Shown here piece after piece: positions 1 to 10,648 of a stretch of DNA of 64,000 nucleotides; positions within the stretch are counted from its first letter, which is position 1; each line of letters starts with the position of its first letter. Source of the DNA: an uncultured Nitrospiraceae bacterium (GTDB lineage: Bacteria > Nitrospirota > Nitrospiria > Nitrospirales > Nitrospiraceae). The notes under the pieces were generated by a model. It did not search any database. It saw only the letters and a program-made list of their open reading frames with translations, and was not told the origin of the DNA. The DNA is taken from assembly GCA_963706325.1 (NCBI GenBank), contig CAVPLT010000001.1, forward strand, positions 640,001-704,000. Direction: 5' to 3'. The translations under genes and the position numbers were made by a program.

Positions 1-2
1 AG

Positions 3-230
3 CTGGAGCCTTATCTGGCGGTCGGTATCATCGCCTGTACGCGAAGAGTGTTGACGGCGAGCGCAGAGTTGTCTCACCAACTGGAACTTGTGGCCAGAGA
101 CACCCGGCAAGAGCTCTTTCTGCAGTACCTGATGGATGTCGGACTGAACGTGACCGTGATCATTGTCCTCATCTTGGGCGTGTATATGCTGCGAAAGCGC
201 CCGACCGTCCAGCGGCCTGCCTCGGCATAA
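3..230 (+). CDS. Phosphate-starvation-inducible PsiE-like membrane protein (5' truncated by window edge)
   Basis: Frame from base 3 reads LEPYLAVGIIACTRRVLTAS... followed by a hydrophobic C-terminal helix, resembling the PsiE-family 'EPFLxVGxIAxxRRIL' pattern. Confidence 0.6.
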   Translation: MEPYLAVGIIACTRRVLTASAELSHQLELVARDTRQELFLQYLMDVGLNVTVIIVLILGVYMLRKRPTVQRPASA

Positions 231-324
231 GTTGCTTTCTGAGGAGAAACCATAGGAGATTCAGAGGTCGTTCTTGCCCTCCTCCGGCCTCTTATGGCAT
301 CATGCACCTCTTTTGGGAGGCAGG

Positions 325-795
325 GTGGCCACATTGCTGGAATATGTGGGGTCGGTGCATATCTATCTCGGACCGTACCGAGGAAATCCCATTGCATTAT
401 ATTTGTGTCGCACGGAAGACGGCTGCCAGATCGGTCCCCGAGCTTATCCATGGAATGACGTCGTGGGGGCGGGCGAAACTCCCAATAAAGCCGCCGCTGA
501 TTTCGAAGAAAAGTGGAAGGGCAAAGGACTCGCGGCCGACATGTATTCGGGCCCTTCGTGGGAAGGTGGCATTAAGCCGGAGAAGCCAGCTCCTCCTAAA
601 CCTGCTGCGCCACCCAAACCTGCGGTTGCCCCGGCTGCCGGCACGGCTGCTCCAGCGGCACCCGGAACCCCACCTGTAGCACCTGCTGTAAAACCTGAGG
701 CGTCTGCACCTGCCAAGCAAACCGCTCCGGTTACAACCGCTCCTCCTGTGAGTCCAAAGACCGCTCCGGTCGCTCCAACCGAGCCGTCCTCTTAA
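325..795 (+). CDS. Hypothetical protein with Pro/Ala/Lys-rich low-complexity tail
   Basis: GGGAGG RBS before GTG at 325; globular N-terminus then PAPPKPAAPPKP-type tail. Confidence 0.65.
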   Translation: MATLLEYVGSVHIYLGPYRGNPIALYLCRTEDGCQIGPRAYPWNDVVGAGETPNKAAADFEEKWKGKGLAADMYSGPSWEGGIKPEKPAPPKPAAPPKPAVAPAAGTAAPAAPGTPPVAPAVKPEASAPAKQTAPVTTAPPVSPKTAPVAPTEPSS

Positions 796-822
796 ATTTT
801 TCTGTTACCCCAAATAGCTAGG

Positions 823-2280
823 TCAGTCAAGCGATGGTGCCGGCCGGGGCATATTCGTGTGTTCGGCAGATGGCTGCAGGGCGAGCTTGCTGTGGCGAAA
901 GCCGTAGGCCATGTAAACCACGATGCCGATGATGGTCCAGACAAAAAACCGGATCCATGTGATCCAGGGAAGGAAATACATCAAGCCCAGGCAGGCCAAG
1001 ACACCGAAGATGGGAATGACCGGCATGAGCGGCATGCGGAATGGACGTGGATGGTTCGGTCTGGTGTAACGCAGCACCATGATACCGATACAGACCAGTA
1101 CAAACGCGAAGAGGGTGCCGATGTTCGTCATATCAGCGGCCTCGCCGATAGGGACCAACGCCGCCATGATGGCTACCGCGATGCCGGTCATGTAGGTCGC
1201 ATGGTGCGGTGTCCGGAAGGTCGGATGAACGCCAGAGAGCCAGGGGCCGAGAAGCCCATCTCGGGACATGGCAAAAAATACGCGTATCTGTCCCAGCATC
1301 ATGACGACCAGCACGCTCGTGATGCCGGCCACCGCGCCCGTCGCCACAATCGCAGCACCCCACTGAAATCCCGCCACCCGCAAACCTTCGGCCACCGGTG
1401 CGTGAATATCGATTTTCGAATAGGGCACCAAGCCGGTCAGAACCGCAGCTACTGCGATATAGAGAACTGTGCAAATAGCCAGCGAGGCGAAGATCCCGAT
1501 TGGTAAGTCCCGCTGAGGGTTCTTGGCTTCCTCTGCCGTGGTGGAGACGGCATCAAATCCAATATAGGCAAAAAAGACAATGGCCGCGGCGGCGCCCACG
1601 CCGGCAAAGCCAAAGGGCATGAACGGCGACCAGTTGGCGGTGTCGACGGAGGATACGCCGACGGTGATGAAAAACGCGATCACCGCGAGCTTAATGATGA
1701 CGATGGCACAGGTCGCCCTGGCGCTTTCTTTCACGCCGACGATTAAAATGCCTGTGACTAGAAGGACGATGATCGCCGCCGGAATATTCGCGATACCCCC
1801 TTCCGAGCCGGGGGCGTGACTGGCCCAATAGGGAAGTTCGAGGCCGCACATGTTGAGAATATTATTAAAGTATCCGGACCATCCAATAGCCACTGCCACA
1901 CAGGCGACGCCATATTCCAGAATAAGGTTCCAGCCGGTGAGCCATGCCAGACATTCTCCCAGGGTCGCATAGGAATAGGTATAGGCACTGCCGGCGACAG
2001 GAATCATGGCGGCGAACTCCGCATAACAGAGGGCAGCGAGTGCGCAGGTGACTCCCGAGAGAATGAAGGACAACATAATTCCCGGCCCGGCTCCAGGCCG
2101 GTGGGTATCCCCGACGATGGCGGTGCCGATCAGCACGAAGATGCCGGTGCCGATAATCGCTCCAATGCCGAGTCCGGTGAGGTCCCAGGCCGTTAGGGTC
2201 CGTTTCAGGCGATGTTCAGGGGCGTCTGAATCAGAGAGGATTCGTTCGATAGATTTGGTGCGAAACAGCGGATTGCCCAC
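823..2280 (-). CDS. APC-family amino acid permease
   Basis: 485 aa, about 12 TM segments, GIGAIIGTGIF, CYAEFAAMIPVAGSAYTY and FAYIGFD motifs. Confidence 0.95.
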   Translation of the reverse strand: MGNPLFRTKSIERILSDSDAPEHRLKRTLTAWDLTGLGIGAIIGTGIFVLIGTAIVGDTHRPGAGPGIMLSFILSGVTCALAALCYAEFAAMIPVAGSAYTYSYATLGECLAWLTGWNLILEYGVACVAVAIGWSGYFNNILNMCGLELPYWASHAPGSEGGIANIPAAIIVLLVTGILIVGVKESARATCAIVIIKLAVIAFFITVGVSSVDTANWSPFMPFGFAGVGAAAAIVFFAYIGFDAVSTTAEEAKNPQRDLPIGIFASLAICTVLYIAVAAVLTGLVPYSKIDIHAPVAEGLRVAGFQWGAAIVATGAVAGITSVLVVMMLGQIRVFFAMSRDGLLGPWLSGVHPTFRTPHHATYMTGIAVAIMAALVPIGEAADMTNIGTLFAFVLVCIGIMVLRYTRPNHPRPFRMPLMPVIPIFGVLACLGLMYFLPWITWIRFFVWTIIGIVVYMAYGFRHSKLALQPSAEHTNMPRPAPSLD

Positions 2281-2341
2281 GCGGTGTCCTCTCCGGTCGC
2301 AGCACGTCCATGCCTGCTGTCATGGCTGCGTGCGCACCGTG

Positions 2342-3118
2342 TCATGATTTTTTCCCCCGTAGAGCCGATGCGGTGTGCAGCGATGGACGACGGGAGGCTG
2401 CTCGCAGGAAGGCTTGAAATAGGCGCCGATGCAACACATGTCGCTCAAATAAGAATTCCGGGTGCCATTGTAGGCCAAGAAAGAATCGGTGCGTCGGATG
2501 TTCAATCGCTTCGACGATTCCATCGGGGGCCGTTGCGCTGGCGATGAGGGGAGGTCCGACCACTTTCACCGATTGGTGATGCGAACTGTTCACATGCATG
2601 CGGGAACGCTCGATGATTCGACTGAGCAGGCTGCCCGCTTTGACGGAGACACTGTGGGATACCTGATTTGCCGGTGGGATTTGCCGATGTTGCAACGCCT
2701 GGGAGACTTGCGCGGGAATATCCTGGTAGAGACTCCCTCCACAGGCAATGTTCATCGTTTGCATGCCCCCGCAGATGGCCAGGGTGGGGATGCTGCCGCG
2801 CAGAGCGAAACGGATGAGGCTCAATTCAAAGTCAGATCGCCGTTCGGCCACAACGGGGAAGGTGTATCGTTGCCGCTCTCCATACAGAGAGGGGTTCAAG
2901 TCTGGTCCGCTACCCGTCAAAAGGAGCCCATCGATCCCTTGAAGAAGCCGCCGGCGCGCGGTCCGATCTGCGAGGAGCGGTAAAATTACCGGCACGCCGC
3001 CGAGTTCCTCGATAGCGCGAACATAGCGAGCCCGCAGAAAATACGTGGGTTCCTTACCGCCCCACTCCTGACGATCGCCGGCATTGAAGTCGGGCGTGAC
3101 TCCAATGACGGGTTTCAT
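2342..3118 (-). CDS. Peptidase C26 / gamma-glutamyl-gamma-aminobutyrate hydrolase family (class I glutamine amidotransferase fold)
   Basis: MKPVIGVT start, DGLLLTGSGPD, AICGGMQ nucleophile, VNSSHHQ, GLQWHPE. Confidence 0.9.
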   Translation of the reverse strand: MKPVIGVTPDFNAGDRQEWGGKEPTYFLRARYVRAIEELGGVPVILPLLADRTARRRLLQGIDGLLLTGSGPDLNPSLYGERQRYTFPVVAERRSDFELSLIRFALRGSIPTLAICGGMQTMNIACGGSLYQDIPAQVSQALQHRQIPPANQVSHSVSVKAGSLLSRIIERSRMHVNSSHHQSVKVVGPPLIASATAPDGIVEAIEHPTHRFFLGLQWHPEFLFERHVLHRRLFQAFLRAASRRPSLHTASALRGKKS

Positions 3119-3119
3119 G

Positions 3120-3593
3120 CTAGCGAATGGGTTCCAATGGGAGCGGCGCAGGTTCCTGGGGAACGTACTCGACCGCATCTCGTTGGGACTCTGCGGGGAC
3201 GCCGAGAAAGCGAATCGGCTTATCGCCCTTCAGGTGTTCTGGTGTGATGATGTAGGTGCCATACATACTCGGGATCCAAATGTTCTTCGCCGTTTGTTCA
3301 CTTCCTCCCGAAAAACCGTAAGCCAATCCGCCCACGACTCCTCCCCCGATTGCAAACGCCAATTTGAGAGGAAAATAGACAATGGTCGCCAGGGCCGATC
3401 CTGCTTGGATGCCTACACCTGAGGCGCTGGCATCGTTTGACGAGACCGGCACATTGGACGCAGTACTCGACTCTTGCGCGAACAGGGGCGCGACGAGAAT
3501 GGCCAATGAGCACATCATGACCAGACAGTGGAGAGCTGATTGGAACCAGAGGCTGCGTCGTCTTTTGAAAGACATATGAGCAGAGACGTTCAC
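3120..3593 (-). CDS. Hypothetical exported/membrane protein
   Basis: AAGGAGG RBS before GTG at 3593; signal-like N-terminus and Gly-rich hydrophobic segment. Confidence 0.65.
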   Translation of the reverse strand: MNVSAHMSFKRRRSLWFQSALHCLVMMCSLAILVAPLFAQESSTASNVPVSSNDASASGVGIQAGSALATIVYFPLKLAFAIGGGVVGGLAYGFSGGSEQTAKNIWIPSMYGTYIITPEHLKGDKPIRFLGVPAESQRDAVEYVPQEPAPLPLEPIR

Positions 3594-3757
3594 GTTGGGT
3601 GCCTCCTTCGTGCTGAAGTTCCGATGTAGTGTGAAGAAAAATGAATGCCGATGAGCCGTGCGCGATTGCATGTGCTGTGTTGTCGTTATATCAAATTCCC
3701 TTCCATTTTCAAACCCCTTCCGGCTTTCCGTCGGGCTCACCTTCGGTCCCACCGGCG

Positions 3758-4216
3758 TCAAGGCGTGTTCTCTAAATCCAGTTCGAGACGAATCGGTTCC
3801 ATCAACTGTTCCGGTTGTTCATCGATGACCCGATTCAGTTCGGCGTCGAAGGCCTCAGCGGCTATCGCTTGGTTCTGCTGCTCTAGTCCCACATAGAGGG
3901 CCAAGGTGAGGGTGCAGGTGCAGAACGCCTGAACGAACAGATCGTCGGCTCGGCGCCTCACCTCGTCGTACTCCTCCTGTCTGACATGTTGCAGGAACTG
4001 ACCGAGTCGGGCGGAATACCCAATCCGTTCACGCGCCTGGGCCAGGTGGTTTTGGGTCACGTCCACGGCGACTTGCACACCGCCTTTCCAGCTGCGTTTT
4101 TTTACATTGAAGACGCATCGGACGTGGTCCGGCCGATGCTCGGTGGTATCCGGCCCGAAAAAAAAGTTGACGCGGTAGTGCGCCAAATCCGATGAGAGAG
4201 GAATGGTCATAGGCAA
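3758..4216 (-). CDS. Hypothetical protein
   Basis: 152 aa ORF with protein-like composition, co-directional with downstream genes. Confidence 0.65.
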   Translation of the reverse strand: MPMTIPLSSDLAHYRVNFFFGPDTTEHRPDHVRCVFNVKKRSWKGGVQVAVDVTQNHLAQARERIGYSARLGQFLQHVRQEEYDEVRRRADDLFVQAFCTCTLTLALYVGLEQQNQAIAAEAFDAELNRVIDEQPEQLMEPIRLELDLENTP

Positions 4217-4305
4217 TAGTCCTCATTGTAGCACTGCGCGAGTGTAGAAAGAACGGCATGAACGCACAGTGGTATCGATCTCGAAATGTCGCTAAGATGG
4301 CGGCC

Positions 4306-5523
4306 ATGGACGCGTCGTCTTCATTTTGCGCGCGAGTGGCCGGTATTCAGCTAGCCATTCGAGATCAGCCAGGGCTTGATGGCTGGTTATTCTATGACTT
4401 TCGCCATCTCGACCCCATTGCCTACCGAGTGTTGCTGCTGAACCCCTCACTCCACGTGACGAGACGTTGGTACTATTGGATTCCGGCAGAAGGGGCGCCG
4501 ATCAAGCTATACCATCGCATTGAGCCTCATGTCTTGGACGGCTTGCCGGGAGAAGCACGGCCCTACGTATCCTGGCGGGAACAGCAGACGATTCTTGGCG
4601 CCATGCTGCACTCGGCCAAGCGGATCGCCATGCAATACTCGCCCATGAATGCAATACCGTACCTGTCACGCGTAGATGCGGGCACGATTGATCTCGTCCG
4701 CAGTATGAACGTGGAAGTGGTCACCTCCGCTGATTTGGTTCAACAATTTGAGGCCGTCTGGGATGAATCCCAATTGATGTCGCACCGAGTAGCGGCAGAC
4801 GGGTTGCGGGCAATTGTGGACGAAGCGTTTCGGTTTGTGGGGACCTCGCAGGCCGAGCGACGTGCGCTTACGGAATATGATCTGCAACAATATATTCTTT
4901 CCCGGATGCAGGCACGGGGTCTGGTGACCTCGAGTCCGCCGATTGTCGCCGTCAATGCGCATAGCGCCGATCCTCACTATGGGCCGTCTTCCGAGGGAGC
5001 TGCTCCTATCAGGGCGGGCGACCTGGTTTTGATCGATCTGTGGGCTAAGCAAGCTGTACCTGGAGCCGTTTATGCGGATATTACTTGGACCGGATATGTC
5101 GGGCAGGTTGCGCCAGCCCGGCACCAGGAGGTTTTTCAGATTGTGCGGCAGGCTCGAGACGCTGCCGTGACATTCGTGCAAAGTCAGATTCGCGGTGGGG
5201 CATTCCCCTATGGATGGGAAGTAGACGACGTGTGCCGGAAGGTGATTCAAGATGCGGGGTATGGGAAATATTTTGTGCACAGAACCGGCCATTCAATCGG
5301 CGAGGACGTGCATGGTAACGGGGCTAATATCGATAATCTAGAGACGCAGGATGCCCGCCGGTTACTGCCTTGCACCTGTTTCTCGATCGAGCCGGGGATT
5401 TACTTGCCGGAGGAGTTCGGTATTCGAAGCGAGCTGGACGTCTATCTCTCCTCCCATGATGCGGTGGTGCATGGGCAGCCGGTTCAGACCGAACTCGTGG
5501 CCATCGCGGTACCTACCGCATAG
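4306..5523 (+). CDS. M24-family metallopeptidase (Xaa-Pro aminopeptidase-like)
   Basis: LIDLWAK, YADITW, HRTGHSIG, FSIEPGIY and GIRSE metal-ligand motifs; start uncertain (4258/4297/4306). Confidence 0.9.
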   Translation: MDASSSFCARVAGIQLAIRDQPGLDGWLFYDFRHLDPIAYRVLLLNPSLHVTRRWYYWIPAEGAPIKLYHRIEPHVLDGLPGEARPYVSWREQQTILGAMLHSAKRIAMQYSPMNAIPYLSRVDAGTIDLVRSMNVEVVTSADLVQQFEAVWDESQLMSHRVAADGLRAIVDEAFRFVGTSQAERRALTEYDLQQYILSRMQARGLVTSSPPIVAVNAHSADPHYGPSSEGAAPIRAGDLVLIDLWAKQAVPGAVYADITWTGYVGQVAPARHQEVFQIVRQARDAAVTFVQSQIRGGAFPYGWEVDDVCRKVIQDAGYGKYFVHRTGHSIGEDVHGNGANIDNLETQDARRLLPCTCFSIEPGIYLPEEFGIRSELDVYLSSHDAVVHGQPVQTELVAIAVPTA

Positions 5524-5668
5524 ACTCCTCGTCTTTCAGATGGCCCGGATTGAGCCGACTGCCTTTCTTGACACCTTTTGCATCCGGCAGCTATCGTGGG
5601 AGATAGGCGGGCCAAAGTGGCGCTCTGCCGCTGGGTTAACCCCTATTTGCCGAGGAAGGATATCGAAC

Positions 5669-6523
5669 ATGTTTGGCACCATGGGATTCTCGGAAATGAT
5701 CATCATCCTGGTTATTGTGTTAATTATTTTTGGAGCGGGGAAGCTCCCGCAAATCGGCGAAGGTGTCGGCAAGGCCCTCAAAGGTTTCAAAAAAGAAGTC
5801 AATGACATCCCGCCTCCGGAGACCACAGTCGAACAGAGTGACGCCGCCGTTGTGCCTGCTCCCACTCAGGCCCAACCGATAGCAGAGATGGGGCAAGCAG
5901 CTCAGCCATCAACAGCTCCAACGATTCCACCGGTTCCCAAAGCCACCGCTCCGTACACGCCCGGCCCTGAGTTAACTCCCGGTACGACAGCGGCCCTCAT
6001 GGCAGCCGCAGGACCGCAAGGCCCGCAAGCCGCTCAGCAGGCGAAACCTCGGGTCGCTACCGTGAGTCCTGGGCAGGCGGCGGCGGGATCGGCAGTCGCA
6101 CAGAGCCATCAGCCTCCGACAATGGAAGATCGCATGGCCACCCCCGCGCCGCTTATGCGTGCGCAATATCCCCCGCTTCCGGCCGGTGCCCAGAGCAAGC
6201 CCGTGGCGAATCGGCCATCGGCCATCGTCAATAAGGATGCCGTGGCTCGTGTGCAGGCGGCTCAGGCTGCCACGCGGGCGAAAGCAGCCCAGTCTCAACC
6301 AGCCGGAGTATCCGCCCAGGACATGCAGGGTTTGGGAGAGGGCTTAGGGGATGCGGTGCGCACCTTCCGCCAAGCAGTGGCTGATGTGCGGAACTCTGTC
6401 GATCCTGAAATGCGTACGATCCGCGCCGAGATGGATTCAGCCCAGAAGGAACTGGAACAGTCGATTGAAGCAGCCAAGCAGGCCCCCGTTCCGGATGATG
6501 ATTCATTCTCAAAACCCGTCTAA
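5669..6523 (+). CDS. tatA: Twin-arginine translocase TatA/E subunit with long C-terminal extension
   Basis: RBS then MFGTMGFSEMIIILVIVLIIFGAGKLPQIGEGVGKALKGFKK, the canonical TatA TM plus amphipathic helix; 284 aa. Confidence 0.85.
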   Translation: MFGTMGFSEMIIILVIVLIIFGAGKLPQIGEGVGKALKGFKKEVNDIPPPETTVEQSDAAVVPAPTQAQPIAEMGQAAQPSTAPTIPPVPKATAPYTPGPELTPGTTAALMAAAGPQGPQAAQQAKPRVATVSPGQAAAGSAVAQSHQPPTMEDRMATPAPLMRAQYPPLPAGAQSKPVANRPSAIVNKDAVARVQAAQAATRAKAAQSQPAGVSAQDMQGLGEGLGDAVRTFRQAVADVRNSVDPEMRTIRAEMDSAQKELEQSIEAAKQAPVPDDDSFSKPV

Positions 6524-6566
6524 ATATAAATATTCGGATCCTGCAAATTATTCAGGCTCACCCCTC

Positions 6567-7346
6567 GTGTCCTTGCCTTCCGCAATCCATCTTGGTCTGT
6601 GTCTCCTGATCGGATTCGCGACGGCTGGATGTTATGTGGAAGCGCCTTCAGTAGGTCCGGAAGTGATGTCGGCCAGGCTGGTCGAACTATTGACGGATGC
6701 TGATCCGAGTATGCGCCGCACTGCGGCAGAAGCGTTGGGGAAAATTGGACGTCGATCAGCGAGATCAGGGCTGGTTTTAGCGCTCAATGATCCTGATCCA
6801 GGCGTGCGTGGAGCTGCGGCCATTGCGTTGGGTCGATTGGGTGACGCGGAGAGTGGACTGGCTCTCGTAGAGTTGTTATCCGACCCTGTTGGCGCAGTTC
6901 GTGAGGCTGCCGCTCTCGCTCTGAGTGAAATCGAACCGGCCTCGGCTTTGGAGGCGCAAATTCTTGCGACGATTCGCACTCGAGACGTTCCCGGTCGTAT
7001 CGCTGCAAGCCGTGCCCTGCTTGGGTTGGATAGCGTCTCTTTTTCGGACAATCTTGCTGCCGCTTTGCGAGATGTGGATCCGACGGTTCGTCAGGGGGTA
7101 GCCGCTGTCATGGGGGAGACGGGAGATGTCCGGGCCATCCCATATTTGCTGTCACTTCTGAAGACAGATGTGCATGCAGGTGTGCGCTCTGAGGCGGCAT
7201 TCCGACTCGGAAAGGTTGGCGATCAGGAGGTTGTGGCTGATCTGTTGAAAGTCGCTGAGAAGGATTCCGATTTCGTGGTTCGAGGATGGACGCAGTGGGC
7301 CTTGCAGCAGATCAGACAATCGCACGAGTACGGTTCAAAGAATTGA
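6567..7346 (+). CDS. HEAT-repeat (PBS lyase-like) lipoprotein
   Basis: Lipobox-like TAGC then repeated 'LxDxDPxVRxAAAxALGxLG' units. Confidence 0.85.
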   Translation: MSLPSAIHLGLCLLIGFATAGCYVEAPSVGPEVMSARLVELLTDADPSMRRTAAEALGKIGRRSARSGLVLALNDPDPGVRGAAAIALGRLGDAESGLALVELLSDPVGAVREAAALALSEIEPASALEAQILATIRTRDVPGRIAASRALLGLDSVSFSDNLAAALRDVDPTVRQGVAAVMGETGDVRAIPYLLSLLKTDVHAGVRSEAAFRLGKVGDQEVVADLLKVAEKDSDFVVRGWTQWALQQIRQSHEYGSKN

Positions 7347-7830
7347 CCAAGTCGATAACCCGCTTTTGGGCATTGTCATCAATGTCGATGAACTGAATTC
7401 CCATTCCAGGAAACAGCAAGTATCGTTCTGGCTTTGAGCGTGTCCAAGCAACTTTTGCGCGGGTTCCAAATTTCTCACTCGGTCGATCGGGCAACGCAAA
7501 CTCCACTTTCAACTCGGTTCCGGGTGGGAGTGGCGTACTACTCTCAATAAACAGCCCACCTCCGCCGATTCCACCTGTCAGGCCCTCAAAGTGTTTGCCT
7601 TCGGGAGTGATGCAGCGCACCTTGATTGCGAGTGGCGCGCGTGGATGTGCTCGGCTATGGGCGAAACGTTCATCATCGTCGATGGATAGAATGTGCTCGA
7701 TGAGCGAGCCCCAGCCCAGTGTGCCCAGGCTCTGTCCTTTTTCATCGAACAAGCTCAACGTTTCCTGTTCGCAGTCAATAGCGAATACTTTCCCCTGGTG
7801 TTCGCGAGTGGCGGTGACGGGAAACCTCAT
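7312..7830 (-). CDS. PilZ-domain protein
   Basis: RAHPR (RxxxR), GGLFIES..PLPPGT..EFALP, VAW and GMGIQF PilZ features. Confidence 0.85.
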   Translation of the reverse strand: MRFPVTATREHQGKVFAIDCEQETLSLFDEKGQSLGTLGWGSLIEHILSIDDDERFAHSRAHPRAPLAIKVRCITPEGKHFEGLTGGIGGGGLFIESSTPLPPGTELKVEFALPDRPSEKFGTRAKVAWTRSKPERYLLFPGMGIQFIDIDDNAQKRVIDLVNSLNRTRAIV

Positions 7831-7854
7831 CTTAGGGCTAGCCCTTCCACGTGT

Positions 7855-8406
7855 TTATTCGATTGGCTCAAGCTTGGCTGGCTGGAGCGGGTCATTCTGC
7901 GGAATACATTTGACCGAATGGATCAAGCTGAGTACTCGGTTCCTCGTTTCCACCGCAATTTCCGTAAAGCGCACACCCATTCCTGGACTAAATGTGTATT
8001 GGTCGGCTTTCGGGCACACCCAGGCGATGCCGCCTTTGGCCGACAGCCACTCGTCAGGATTCTCTGGCAACGTAAACTCCAGGGTCAGCTTGGTTCCGAC
8101 AGCTAGTGGGGCAAAGCTTTCAATAAAGAGTCCACCTCCACCGATTCCGCCCGCTCGACTTTCGAATTGGGTACCTTCAGGAGTCGTGTATTTAACTCGT
8201 ATGGATAGCGAGATACGCGGTTCAGAGCGCGCTTCACGCGGTTGCTGAGGTTTTCTATAGGTGAGAATCTGATCGACGAGAAAATCCCAAGTCAGGCCGC
8301 CCATGGTTTCGCCATTGAGGCCCACTAGGGTAATCATCTCCTTGGCGGCATCAACTTCGAGCGTTTTTCCCTTATGCCTGCTACTGGATACAACAGCGAA
8401 TTTCAC
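7855..8406 (-). CDS. PilZ-domain protein (paralog of the downstream gene)
   Basis: RSEPR, GGLFIES..PLAVGT..EFTLP, GMGVRF. Confidence 0.85.
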   Translation of the reverse strand: MKFAVVSSSRHKGKTLEVDAAKEMITLVGLNGETMGGLTWDFLVDQILTYRKPQQPREARSEPRISLSIRVKYTTPEGTQFESRAGGIGGGGLFIESFAPLAVGTKLTLEFTLPENPDEWLSAKGGIAWVCPKADQYTFSPGMGVRFTEIAVETRNRVLSLIHSVKCIPQNDPLQPAKLEPIE

Positions 8407-8552
8407 ACGTGCCGTCCTTTAGGCGATGGATCGTTGGGATCCCGTATGTTTCCGCAAGTATACCGCACGGAATCGTCTTGTCGACAAAAACCTGATTCAA
8501 GGCATAATCGAGGCCGGAATGTGGAGAGACAGCGCAGCTGGGATGTAAAGAT

Positions 8553-8572
8553 GAGGGGGCCGAAGCCCCCTC
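8553..8572 (-). terminator. Putative intrinsic terminator of tig-clpP-clpX
   Basis: GAGGGGGC-CGAA-GCCCCCTC perfect 8-bp stem just after the clpX stop, followed by ATCTTT on the minus strand. Confidence 0.6.
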
Positions 8573-8609
8573 TAGATTGACAACCGGTTATCCATTAAGA
8601 AGGAGATGG

Positions 8610-9866
8610 TCAGGCGCTTTTTACGTCCTTGTCCTGTTCAAAGATCCGAATCGGAGCATGCTTGCCGCTTATAGCGTCTTCGGTGATCAAGACTTCCTTG
8701 ATCTGTTTCTGCGAGGGGGCGTCATACATCACATCGAGCATGGCTTCCTCAAGTATCGAGCGTAATCCTCGAGCGCCTGTTTTTTGAGTGAAGGCCTTAC
8801 GCGCGACGGCGCCCAAGGCAGCGTCGGTGAACCGCAATTTTACTTTTTCAAATGAGAGCAGCTTTTCATACTGCTTGGTGAGGGCGTTTCTCGGCTCAGT
8901 GAGGATTCGGATCAGCGCCTGCTCATCAAGTTCGTCAAGTGTGGCGACGACGGGCAACCGCCCAATAAACTCAGGAATTAAACCGTATTTCAACAGGTCT
9001 TCTGGTTGAACATGCGGCAGCAATTCTCCGAGTCGAATATCGTTACGGCCACGAACATCCGCGCCGAAACCCATCGATCGTCGGTTCATGCGCTGCTCGA
9101 TGATATGTTCAAGTCCGACAAAAGCGCCGCCACAGATGAACAGAATGTTCGAGGTGTTTACCTGAATGAATTCCTGATGCGGATGCTTGCGGCCTCCCTG
9201 AGGGGGAACGTTGGCAACCGTTCCTTCTATAAGCTTAAGGAGTGCCTGTTGTACACCTTCACCAGAAACGTCCCTGGTAATTGAAGGACTGTCACTTTTT
9301 CTACTGATTTTATCGATCTCATCGATGTACACGATCCCGCGTTCGGCACGCTCGACATCATAGTCGGCTGCTTGAAGCAGCTTGAGTATGATGTTTTCAA
9401 CATCTTCCCCGACGTAGCCCGCTTCCGTGAGGGTGGTGGCGTCGGCTAGGGTGAAGGGCACGTCCAGGAATTTGGCCAAGGTCTGGGCCAATAAGGTCTT
9501 TCCGGTACCGGTAGGACCAATTACCAGGATATTGCCTTTTTGGAGTTCGACATCGTCGACGTCCTTATCCTTCGCGGAGATGCGTTTGTAATGATTGTGA
9601 ACGGCAACGGAGAGAATTCTCTTTGCGCGATCCTGCCCAATCACATACTGGTCGAGATGATGTTTGATTTCGGCTGGCTTCCTGAGCTTCGAGGAAATCT
9701 CCTCTTTAGCCTCTTCCCAATCCTCTGCAATGATGTCATTGCAGAGATTGACACACTCGTCGCATATGTAAACCGTCGGACCGGCGATCAGCTTTCGGAC
9801 TTCGTCTCGGCTCTTCCCGCAGAAGGAACAACGCAGGTGCCGATCAATTTTTTCTTGTTTAGCCAT
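8610..9866 (-). CDS. clpX: ATP-dependent Clp protease ATP-binding subunit ClpX
   Basis: CSFCGK zinc domain, GPTGTGKT Walker [19 protein letters not shown]. Confidence 0.98.
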   Translation of the reverse strand: MAKQEKIDRHLRCSFCGKSRDEVRKLIAGPTVYICDECVNLCNDIIAEDWEEAKEEISSKLRKPAEIKHHLDQYVIGQDRAKRILSVAVHNHYKRISAKDKDVDDVELQKGNILVIGPTGTGKTLLAQTLAKFLDVPFTLADATTLTEAGYVGEDVENIILKLLQAADYDVERAERGIVYIDEIDKISRKSDSPSITRDVSGEGVQQALLKLIEGTVANVPPQGGRKHPHQEFIQVNTSNILFICGGAFVGLEHIIEQRMNRRSMGFGADVRGRNDIRLGELLPHVQPEDLLKYGLIPEFIGRLPVVATLDELDEQALIRILTEPRNALTKQYEKLLSFEKVKLRFTDAALGAVARKAFTQKTGARGLRSILEEAMLDVMYDAPSQKQIKEVLITEDAISGKHAPIRIFEQDKDVKSA

Positions 9867-9892
9867 GCTGCCTCCCACTACACCAAGGTCAA

Positions 9893-10528
9893 CTAGCTCT
9901 TGCCGCCCTCTTTCCCCGAATCCGTCGACGCCACGGGTTTAAGGCTCTTTAGGGGGCGTGTGATAACCTCATCGATCAGCCCATAACGTTTGGCTTCCTC
10001 GCTCGACATGAAATAGTCTCGTTCGGTGTCTTGCGCGATTTTGTCGAGAGGTTGGCCGGTATGTTTGGCCATGATTTCGTTTAGGCGTTCGCGAATTTTC
10101 AATATTTCTCGTGCATGAATGTCGATTTCGGTAGCCTGGCCTTGGAACCCTCCCATCGGCTGGTGGATCATGACACGAGCATTCGGCAGGGCGTAACGTT
10201 TTCCCTTTGTGCCGGCGGTTAAGAGGAAGGCTCCCATGCTTGCAGCTTGGCCCAGGCAGATGGTGTTGATCGCTGGTTTGACATATTGCATAGTGTCGTA
10301 AATGCCAAGACCGGCCGTCACGCTTCCACCGGGAGAATTGATGTACAGATTGATATCCTTCTCAGGATCCTCAGCTTCCAAAAAAAGCAGTTGCGCGATG
10401 ATCAGGTTCGCGAAAACATCATCGATCGGCGCACCAAGAAAGATGATACGATCTTTAAGAAGGCGAGAGTAGATGTCATAGGCACGTTCGCCGCGGTTTG
10501 TTTGTTCGATGACAATCGGAACTAACAT
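9893..10528 (-). CDS. clpP: ATP-dependent Clp protease proteolytic subunit ClpP
   Basis: [35 protein letters not shown]. Confidence 0.98.
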   Translation of the reverse strand: MLVPIVIEQTNRGERAYDIYSRLLKDRIIFLGAPIDDVFANLIIAQLLFLEAEDPEKDINLYINSPGGSVTAGLGIYDTMQYVKPAINTICLGQAASMGAFLLTAGTKGKRYALPNARVMIHQPMGGFQGQATEIDIHAREILKIRERLNEIMAKHTGQPLDKIAQDTERDYFMSSEEAKRYGLIDEVITRPLKSLKPVASTDSGKEGGKS

Positions 10529-10648
10529 TCAGCTGAATCCTTTCCGCTACAGGCCCTGCAAGTAGAAACTCTTTAGTTTACCATACGTCCGCAGCCTGGA
10601 TTAAGTGAATCACAAGGGATTTACGGCGAGGTTATGCGGATGACATGA

